Shown: positions 18,694 to 27,900 of the stretch, piece by piece
Layout: every line of letters starts with the position of its first letter
Position numbering within the stretch: the first letter of the stretch is position 1
Assembly: GCA_043718025.1 (NCBI GenBank)
Contig: JAYSWN010000063.1
Span: 1-37,002 of the forward strand
Direction: 5' to 3'
Length of the DNA: 37,002 nt
Source of the DNA: Pseudomonadota bacterium
Lineage (GTDB): Bacteria; Bdellovibrionota; FAC87; UBA2466
Made by a program: the position numbers and the translations under genes
The notes under the pieces: generated by a model
Database searches by the model: none
Seen by the model: the letters and a program-made list of their open reading frames with translations, nothing else
What the model was told of the DNA's origin: nothing

Positions 18694-20028
18694 TCATGAA
18701 ATTTGCCGTAGTACCCAATTTCCTAGTCGCTTGATGAAATGCCTAACGACAAACTCGAAATCAGTTACGATTTCTGTCAATTTAGCTTCTCTCATTTGCC
18801 GGACCGCGCCACCTCCGATTCCCGACCAATCGGGAAAGAAAGACCTAGACTTCTTTGGTCGAAAAAACTTGGGGAATTCATCGTTCTGAAATTTGAATCG
18901 ATAATTCCACAACGCCGGTTCGACGTGCCCCGCCTGAACTGACTCAATAAAACGTCGACTCACGGCCTCGGCTGAATTGAATTGTTCGACAAAATTCTCG
19001 TTAAGATTATTCTTAAGCGAAATGGAACCAAGTCCGGCCAGAATGGTGATCGGGCTGAATGCAGCGACTGAAACACCGCTGTTTGAAAACGAGCTAACCA
19101 GCAAATCGGCATCCAGATTGGCGATAATAATCTCGATAGGAATATGTCTCACTTGACGCAAAGAGATACATCGGTACCCAACGGTTTGAAGCCGTCGAAT
19201 TAATGCTGTTTCTTGACCCAAACGTTCTCTCGGATGAGCTTTAATAAGTAGCGTTTTATCATTTGGTACAAACTGAACGATTTGATCAAAATAAGCATCA
19301 ACCTCGTGGGTAAGACTCTTGGTATAGTGGCCTTCACTTTCATACGAAAGAAGTACCACCGCGGAATTTTGATATTTCCCTTTCGGCAAAACCTGCAACA
19401 AACCTTCTTTAACTAATTCGGAAGCTTTGAAAATCACGGTAAAAAAAACGTCAATCGGTATCATCTGTAACGGATACTTAGAAAAGAGTTGTTCAGTCAG
19501 CTCAATCGGAAAAATAGCGGTGAGACTATCCAATCTTCTAAATCCTCGTTGCGAAAAATGGCTTCCGCCCACAGGGTCAGAATCGTGAATACCAAAGAAA
19601 TCGCCAAAACAGGTCAGTGGCGTATCGGGGAAAGCGTTCCCCACCAGTTCATTGACCAATTGAAAATTTCTTCCGAGGAAAATCCGATGGATTGCCCGCG
19701 CCCCCAGCGCTCTTTGGAATCTGGTCACTGCCTCCTCAAAACTCAAACATCCCTTAAGCGTCAATTGCTCAAGGTTCGCGATACTATAGACTTTAGCGAA
19801 ATTACCTACCCCTGAGAGGCTTAAACAGAGGGTCCTCATTTTGATTTCGTTCGACTCTTCGGTGCCTCCCCAACTCAGAACCAGACAATCGCGAGAGGCG
19901 ACTTCAGGCTGAAGTCGATTGAAATGCTCAATAACACAGAGAGCGTTGAGAAGACTAGTAACGCCTTGCACCAGAAAGAGACGATCGAACTCCAATTTTC
20001 CGTCAACATCTGGTTTGTTTGCATCCAT
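18694..20028 (-). CDS. Sialyltransferase/polysialyltransferase-like glycosyltransferase (candidate nonulosonate transferase)
   Basis: IKAHPRE (HP motif), IPIE and SSFS in the C-terminal domain; FGDFFG at the position of the D/E-D/E-G motif; cluster context. Confidence 0.6.
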   Translation of the reverse strand: MDANKPDVDGKLEFDRLFLVQGVTSLLNALCVIEHFNRLQPEVASRDCLVLSWGGTEESNEIKMRTLCLSLSGVGNFAKVYSIANLEQLTLKGCLSFEEAVTRFQRALGARAIHRIFLGRNFQLVNELVGNAFPDTPLTCFGDFFGIHDSDPVGGSHFSQRGFRRLDSLTAIFPIELTEQLFSKYPLQMIPIDVFFTVIFKASELVKEGLLQVLPKGKYQNSAVVLLSYESEGHYTKSLTHEVDAYFDQIVQFVPNDKTLLIKAHPRERLGQETALIRRLQTVGYRCISLRQVRHIPIEIIIANLDADLLVSSFSNSGVSVAAFSPITILAGLGSISLKNNLNENFVEQFNSAEAVSRRFIESVQAGHVEPALWNYRFKFQNDEFPKFFRPKKSRSFFPDWSGIGGGAVRQMREAKLTEIVTDFEFVVRHFIKRLGNWVLRQIS

Positions 20029-20188
20029 AAACTCTCAAACTTCGGTTGAACAAACATTGCTGAAAGAGCGCTTCCCAACCCAACAATCAAATTGAAAAAA
20101 AATTAGAGCGCCCAATGGTTTTAAGGCCAGAGACAATCGGCGTTTTAGTCCGCGTTACAACGGACTGCTTTCTAATTTAAAAAGAGTC

Positions 20189-20266
20189 ATGAAGATACTA
20201 ACGGTAGTTGGAAATGACGAAAGAATCAACGGCAAGCAGGCGGCGCTCACCGAAGCGTTTCATTGA
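20189..20266 (+). pseudogene. Possible N-terminal remnant of a UDP-GlcNAc 2-epimerase (WecB-like) gene
   Basis: A 25-aa mini-ORF MKILTVVGNDERINGKQAALTEAFH with AAGAG upstream. The first 8 residues match the typical WecB start MKILTVVG(ARP). Confidence 0.3.
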
Positions 20267-20326
20267 CCTAAATTCAGTTGGAGGAACAAGTTTTGGAAAT
20301 GAAATGGAATGGGGTAGAATTGGCGC

Positions 20327-21247
20327 ATGCCCGACTTACTACGAGAGGTTGTAGCGGATGATAAAACAGCAATTCTCGCGTGGCGAAACCACCCGGATGT
20401 ACGACGCGGTATGTACACTAAGCATATCATCACGCCTCAGGAACACGAGGATTGGTTTCAGAGATCAATTTTAGACGATAGTAAAAGGCTATTAATCTAT
20501 GAACGCGATGGCATCGGTAAAGGATTTGTAGCGTTTTATAATATTGCCCCCACTCAATCAACTGCCGACTGGGCCTTTTACTCAGGTGATCTGCAGACTC
20601 GCGGCATCGGTTCCGGTATGGAACGAGTGGCACTTCAATTTGCTTTTCAAACATTGAATATCGAGAAACTTTCGTGCGAGGTTTTAGATTTCAATGAGAG
20701 TGTCATTCGTTTACACCAAAAATTTGGATTCCAAATCGAGGGTCGCTTCCGAAAGCATCACCTCCATGAAGGGATCCGCATCGATGTGCTACGGATGGCG
20801 ATTTTCAAGAAAGACTGGCAACGAGTTGCCGGCCCAGCTAAACCAATGCCCTTCAAAATCGGGGATCAATTCACGTTCACCACCCAATTCAACAATGAGC
20901 AGATTGATGAATTTGCTAAGGTGACAGGTGACCTGAATCCTATTCATATGAATGATTCAGCGGCAAGGCAGGCCGGGTTCAAAAGCCGCATTGTTCACGG
21001 AATGCTCGTAGCGAGCAGCCTTTCTCGAGTCTTGGCGACAAATTTACCGGGACCGGGAACCATATTCAAATCGCAAACCCTGGAGTTTATAAAGCCGGTC
21101 TACCCTGGAGATTCACTAATGATTCAGGTTGTAGTTCGATCAGTCGTAGAAAGCAGGGTCACTCTGGACACTTTTGTTTCAGATGAGATGAGTCACATGG
21201 TACTAATTTCTGGAACCTCACTGGTGATTTATCGACATGAAAAATAA
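20327..21247 (+). CDS. pseH: PseH GNAT N-acyltransferase fused to a MaoC/PhaJ-type (R)-enoyl-CoA hydratase
   Basis: N-terminal half has WRNHPDVRRGMY..H.I...EH..WF and CEVL.FN..VI.LH.KFGF..EG. C-terminal half has FAKVTGDLNPIH, RIVHGML, LPGPG and F.KPV.PGD. Confidence 0.88.
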   Translation: MPDLLREVVADDKTAILAWRNHPDVRRGMYTKHIITPQEHEDWFQRSILDDSKRLLIYERDGIGKGFVAFYNIAPTQSTADWAFYSGDLQTRGIGSGMERVALQFAFQTLNIEKLSCEVLDFNESVIRLHQKFGFQIEGRFRKHHLHEGIRIDVLRMAIFKKDWQRVAGPAKPMPFKIGDQFTFTTQFNNEQIDEFAKVTGDLNPIHMNDSAARQAGFKSRIVHGMLVASSLSRVLATNLPGPGTIFKSQTLEFIKPVYPGDSLMIQVVVRSVVESRVTLDTFVSDEMSHMVLISGTSLVIYRHEK

Positions 21248-21902
21248 AAAAAATATGCCCCAAGACCAAACTTTCTGGAATGGCGAGGGAGATCGGTGGT
21301 GGGAGCGAAATAGAAGCAAGCTTAAAACTGGCGAAGACCTTGTCTTGAACGTTATCGAACGAAATTCCGACCACCTTAAACTCGAAACGGTTTTAGATGT
21401 TGGTTGCGCTACCGGCTGGCGCATTGCAAAGATTCAAGATCAATATGGCTCAATCTGTTACGGAGTGGATGCTTCCGAAAATGCAATCAATGAAGGAAAG
21501 ATTCAATTCCCAAACTTGAAACTTACGAGAGCGCTGGCTTCGAAACTTCCGTTTGGAAGCTTAACTTTCGACTTGGTTATTATCAATTTTTTATTTTGTT
21601 GGATCTCGCGTCAAGCGCTGTTGAATTCTGTCGCTGAGCTGGACCGAGTTTTGAAGCATGATGGGCATTTGGTCATTGGGGATTTTTTACCCTATGAACC
21701 CACGGAAGCAAAATACCACCACTTGCCCGACCAAGGAGTTAAGACTTACAAGCAAGACTATGCTGAGCTGTTCTTAGCGACCAAATGGTACCAGCGGCAA
21801 GACATCTTGGAATTCAATCACGATGCTCCAACCGCCCTCCCCCCTTTTAAATCCGAATATCGAGCGGCAGTTCAACTGCTAAAGAAAATAGGCCCCACTT
21901 AA
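21237..21902 (+). CDS. Class I SAM-dependent methyltransferase
   Basis: VLDVGCATG, GVDAS, FDLV and RVLK..G motifs. Overlaps the pseH fusion stop. Confidence 0.88.
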   Translation: MKNKKNMPQDQTFWNGEGDRWWERNRSKLKTGEDLVLNVIERNSDHLKLETVLDVGCATGWRIAKIQDQYGSICYGVDASENAINEGKIQFPNLKLTRALASKLPFGSLTFDLVIINFLFCWISRQALLNSVAELDRVLKHDGHLVIGDFLPYEPTEAKYHHLPDQGVKTYKQDYAELFLATKWYQRQDILEFNHDAPTALPPFKSEYRAAVQLLKKIGPT

Positions 21903-21909
21903 CATAGTA

Positions 21910-21938
21910 AAGGAACTTAAAGAGTTTTTTAGCTCCTT
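21910..21938. terminator. Imperfect inverted repeat between convergent genes
   Basis: AAGGAACTTAAAGA-G-TTTTTTAGCTCCTT; the arms match at 11 of 14 positions. It abuts the stop of the 2440-aa gene. Confidence 0.4.
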
Positions 21939-24900
21939 AAAAGGCGCAACGACCACTGGTAATATTATTCCTATAGTAGGTGAAGTAGTAAAACTGATAG
22001 AACGTACCAGTATAAGAAGTGCCGTACCAATTACTGCCACCCAAAAGTGACGTGAAAATCCCAGCCTGAGTGGTGTACGGGTTATCTAAGCGTGCGGCTG
22101 GATTCTGCGGGTTCGGCACGCCATTGACTCCATTGGTCGGACTAAGGTTGTATAGATCCCAGCGAGTGTCATTATTGCCAACATTAAAACCTCGTTGCCC
22201 AACCAAAGCTTTTTCTAAACCAGCAAGCCCCATGCCATCAATGCCATTGTCCAGCCCATAATCTTGATAGTACTTATCCGCAGACCGTTCGTGGTAATTC
22301 GTAGTTGCGTCGTACACCCCGTACATTGAACGGCACTTAATTTTCGCGCCGGCCGGAGAGAGAGTAAAAGTACCTTCGGTACAATTGCCTCCGGACGTTT
22401 CGTAAGTTCGAGCGCTACTACCCACCAACGTCGGCCACGCGAAATCATTTTTGTCGACGATATCATTAAAGTCAAAATCGCCCCAATCGCCCGCAGTATT
22501 CTGCTCGGCAGTCGTTACCGGCCGCATCCGATAATCATTCTGAGTGGTGTCTGCGTCGGTTACGTTCGAGTTCATACAGCCGGCCACGTAGCTGCCGAAA
22601 TCTTGCTCAGAGATGGGAGTCACGGCGGGCACAGATTGAACTTTGAGAGAGGTTCCACCATTGTTACACGTGACGTCAATCAATCCCGTTCTTAAGTATC
22701 GTTCGTAACACGTTGAGGCGTCAGCACGCCAGAAGTAGGAAAGCCCCACGGTGCTCGCAGGCCCCTCATGACTCACATCATTGACAACCCCGGCGTATGC
22801 ACTCAGTTCGTAGCTAGAAATATAGTAGTCATGGTCAAGCCCTGAAAGATGCATTGGCACCCAAGACATACGCTGCGTCGGCTTTCCAAGAGTGGTGAGG
22901 GTCGTGTCGAGAAGGGCCAGACTTACGCGCCTTAATCTCGGCTCCATTCGAAAACTGCTTTGTCGCGAATCGTTGAATTTGAGATAAAGTGGTCGACCCG
23001 TGAGGTGTGGGGTTCGAAAACGCTGAACCTGGGGTGCCAGCCTATTTCCTACCTCATCTTCTGCCACTATGACGTAGATCCAAGCTGTCCTAGCATCGGT
23101 CGAAGATAGGTTGTCGATATAAGAGCATTTGTAAGGGCCGCTGCCATTGCAAATGCTGGAAGCGGTGAGAGGTCCGCCCGTTAAAGGGGTCCACGCGGAC
23201 GACAAGTTGCTATTCACCGCTAGTGGGTCAAGTGGCTTGCTGACTCCTATGGAATATCGAGATCCCGCCACTGCCCATGTAGGATTAAGACGTTCATCTT
23301 TCGCAACCGGCTCCTGCATCCGGTAAACGTAGTATTTAAAGTTTGCACTACAGGTGGCACCGCACGACTTTTCCCAAGGAGCCCAGGTTATCGTGATGGC
23401 CCCGCCGCTAGCAGAGGGGGAACTTGGAATAGAAATGCGTTCGAAGCGATAGTCTCCGAAGTTATCTGCCGCTATGCGCATGTAACGATTTTTGGGAACC
23501 GTCCAATCGGTTTTCGCAACCGCGACGCCACCAATCGTGGGGGTGTCGCCAAGCGCCGGAGTAACAGGATCGTGTGCATATCTAGTCTCTTCAGGCAGCT
23601 CCAAACCAAGTGCCGGAATGATGGTTTGTGGCGAGAAAGCAATGCAACGAAAGCCTGCGTTGGTAGGCAGGTCCGCACCGCTATCTTGGTCTATCCAGGA
23701 TTGCGTGTTGTAATCTTTTTGCTGAGTGAAAGGCGACGAATCACTGAAACCGCTCCCCATAAGCAGGGCAGCAGAATAAGGGGCATCAAACCTTCGAAAA
23801 ATTGGGGTTAATCGATCAATTCCGTTGTCGAGCATTCGACCCGCCGTATTATAAGCGTCGAGATATCGAACTTGCGCTGGGTTTCCAACTGTCCGCGTAA
23901 ATGCAGTCATACTCTGCGAGATCACACGGGCGTCCACCCATTCGCGCATATTGCCCGCGCCGTCCAAAACTTGAGCAACGCTTTGGCAGCCTAAGCTCAA
24001 GCCTGACCCAACAACTCCGCCGGAGAAGTTGCAGCCTTTTCCAGGATAAAGATCTGAATCAGAGGCCTGATCACTGTAAGTGTCGGCGGCCCATTGATTG
24101 GCTCTTCTCCACTCCTCTTGCGTTGGCAAACGCATTCTAAAATCAGCTCTCGAAGAATTTCGACAAGCCGCCCAGGCTTGCGCCCACTTTACGTTGCTTG
24201 GAATCTGACCCGGATTGCTTTCCACCGTACCCATAGAACCAAAAGTTCCACAGCCGTTTAACGCAGGCTGATAACCCGATCCAAGAGAGAAATTGTGAAA
24301 ATTATTATTACAACTTAGGAGATTAGGTTCGGTGGTGGTAACGCTAGGATTGCCCAAGGTGCCCGTAACCTTCGCCTCCACACTCATCATAAAAAAACCA
24401 TAAGAAAGTTTCGTAATCGACGGGGGCACGTAAACGTAGTTTGTTTGGTTTGAATTAACCGCGTATGTTGCCGTGTTATATTTAAGGTTAGTACTCGCAA
24501 TCGGAGATGGCGCGAAAGTGGTTCTCACGTGGAAGTAGCCAGAGGACACTGTTTTTCCTGCACAACCGACAAGAATAGATCCCGTAACCCTTGAATTTGG
24601 ATCGAAATTCACATCGTCGCGCGGAATGACCTGCCAAGCCGGCAAGCTGGTACGAAAGGTATTTGCTATTTCAGTGCTATTTGCCGCAGCCGGCGGCACA
24701 GGACTGTAATAGACATGGAAGAAGTCGACATTAACATTGGTCAATCCCCCCGAATTTATGATCAGGCGAAGCTTGGCCGTGCCATCGGGACAGGTACCAC
24801 TAGCGACAATTGTACTGCCGATATTACTAACGCCAAACGCTGGTGTAGGTGCAACGTAACTCGGGTTCACACAACGCACGTTACCGCTTTCGGCCGACGG

Positions 24901-27900
24901 ATTAATGCCAACAGGATTCAATGCTGTGCTTGCTCCGGACAAATAACGGCCGTCGCTATCGGCATATACCACTTTAACCAAATAGCAGGTGAAACCGCTC
25001 CGGCTATCGGCGGCAAGCACATTTTTGTCCAGGAATTCAAACGTTCCCCCGTTTTCGGAATAGTTTGCGGGGAAAGTGGCCTCTCGATCAATGACGATAT
25101 CTGGAGCAACCTCAGGGCCGGTTCGATTGGCTTTTAAGGCTGCTTTTGCGTTCAAATTATTACGCACATCACCTTCTTGGACGCCAAGTGCGGAGTCTCC
25201 ATATTCGCGCCAAATATAGACTTTATTCAAATATTTCGGGTAGGCGGCATCGGCTTCGGGCGGTGGTTTGATCGTGAGCCGGGCAGTATATTTTTCACCA
25301 GGGACGCGCGGTGGAAGAGTCGAATCATAACAATTGGTAAAATTGGAACCAGCATCGCAGCCCAGTATCGAACCCGGGCCATCGTTGGTCTTTATAGAAA
25401 CTAAATCTGTAGCAGAAGGAGGCTTGGGACTTAGATAGGCTAATTGGCCATCATTACTGATTCGGCGGCTACCACGAGAAAGATTGGGCGAGGCTTCGGT
25501 ATAGGCTCGAGCAACAACAAAATATTTTCCGTATCGTACCGGGAAGAGACCATCGGGATTGATGTCTTCATCAGCGCCAATACGAAAGAAGGATTCCCGC
25601 TCGGACAGCTGGCAATTAAAGGTTTTCATTTCAACCCGATCCAGGACCGGGGTAAGGGCAAAAAGTCGCTCCGCGAAATCATCATCCGTTTCGTTTTGGC
25701 CCAGGGTCGGCCGCTTGGAAAAGAGAGCGACCTGGGTTTTTTTGCATTGATTAATCGAAACAGGGGGTACCCCGGGAAGAAGAAAATGCCACTCATCGAA
25801 AGACGCTTGCATGGTGGCAAGATTCGTAACTTCAAGTTTCAAAGCATAACCGGCTGAATCTAAACGAATGCCGGCCGTCGCTGGGTTGAGCGGATCATCA
25901 GACTCTTCGGCCACCGGGAAAAGAGGGGCAACGGCGGTCGGAGTAACACACCAACCAACAACATTCGTTTCTTTTTCCAAAAAATGCGAATTAGAATTCG
26001 TACCATCGGGAAGCAAGTCATCCATGTACACAACCTTTGCCGCCACACAGACCTGTTCATTGGTCTTCAGCCCGTCGATATAAATGGGAACAGACTTTAC
26101 GCTGGTCGGATTCAGGCCGTTGATATTTGCGTTTCCACCGGAAAACTGAAAACGAAGAATAGACTTTGTATTTGTGTCAACAGACCTAAAAACGTACTGG
26201 TCGCCGTCTAGAATGTCGTAGTCACTGCGAGCAAACAATCCCGTTGGGCTTAGCGCCGCCGTAAGTGTCGAGATCACGTCACGACCGGCGATCGAGACCC
26301 GGCTACCCGGAGCAAACCCATTGGTGGTCAAGTTGCTAAATAAATTCACCGCGGTCTGCGGGCTATTCGAGAGGGATCGATCCACGGCCACCACTAAGTG
26401 TGAAAACAAACCGCCGTTGACATTGTCCACGACGGTTGCCGGCATCTCCACCGTTAGCTGGATGGCTTTAGCGCTGGCCGCTTCAACTTTTGTGACTCCG
26501 GCGCCCTGAGCAGGATCTGGCGCCTTATCGGTAGCGGCTACCACGGGCTGTGAACCGGCTCCATTGCCCGCATTAAAGAATTTTTCGGTGGCGACACCGT
26601 TGACGGCATTGCGATTATTTATTGAAGCAACGATGCAATAAATTGGCTTATTCTCGGGAATGTTATTCACCCCCAACGCGTTTTCGATAGCTACAGTTTT
26701 AGGGACTTCAACCGGCGTTTCGCCCGGACCAGTAACAATTACCGGTTCGTAGCTACGTTTCACTAAGGCCGCGTTGGGGCAGGTGGAAAATTTGGCTTGA
26801 GAGTATCCATAACAGTCGGGGAAAGAGAGGTCGCTGTCGGCGCAAGTATATTCGATGAAGGAATGATTAGCCGCGCCGAGGTGATTTGATCGAACCTGGT
26901 TATAAGTAACTAAAACTTTCGAGAAACCAGCCGCGCCCGGGGCTCTCCTTGCTTTTATAGCACCCGAGAACTGGGTAATAGGCTCCACCACCATATTCTT
27001 GCAGACCGCAAGCGGTGCAGTTTTCGAAAGGATGATTGGGAAACCTCCCACCATTAACGCCGGTTGAATAACCCAACAGTGCTGAGCCGGTGTACGCAAG
27101 ATGTTTGGGTCGGTCCACTTGAGAGTGGGGTCCGGCAAAGTTCCTCCAACCATAGCCGAATTATTTGAGATGACTGCGTAATAGTTGGATGAATGAAGTG
27201 TGGCCTCACCGGTTGGGCCATCCAAAGCCGCTTTAGGCCCCGGGGGAAGAGGCTCGTCCGAATGATAGACTATAAAGCGGTCGTAGGTGGCGCCTATTCG
27301 AGTTGGTGTGGCATAAGTGATTGTTGCGGATGTTTCACTGTTTGCAACAATCGATATAATATTTCCATCCGGCCATTCGGGAATCGTCGACCTTACTCTG
27401 CCCGAAAGCGGGCCTGTGTCGCCCGCTATCAAAGGGTTCGCCAAATTACAGTTACCGCTGCTATTGGGGTGGTAACACGCAATCATTTGAAAACGGTAAG
27501 AACATTCAGCCACTAAACCGGTGAGTACAACCTGATCTACAGCGGCAATGTTAAACGCGAACTCCCTAGCCACGCACAATGGGTTAGGAGTGCTGGCCTG
27601 CGGGGTAGCATAAACTCTAAAACCATTATGGCCCGTGGCAGGACCGAAGGTGATCGTCATTCTGGTAAAGCCGGACGTTAACGGTGGGCCAAGGTTGGGC
27701 GTAACGTTAGTCAAGCCGGCAAAGACGGGAGGATTCGCACCAACTCGCTCGCACATATACTGAACGTTGTCTGAAAGTAAAACATCGCCGTTGCCGTCAT
27801 TCACTAGGCGAGCTTGCACCTTGAATTTGTAAAGTTGTCCATCCTCCAAACCTACCACCCGATAATCGGTCGCGGCGGGGTTGGAGACTACGATGGGAGT

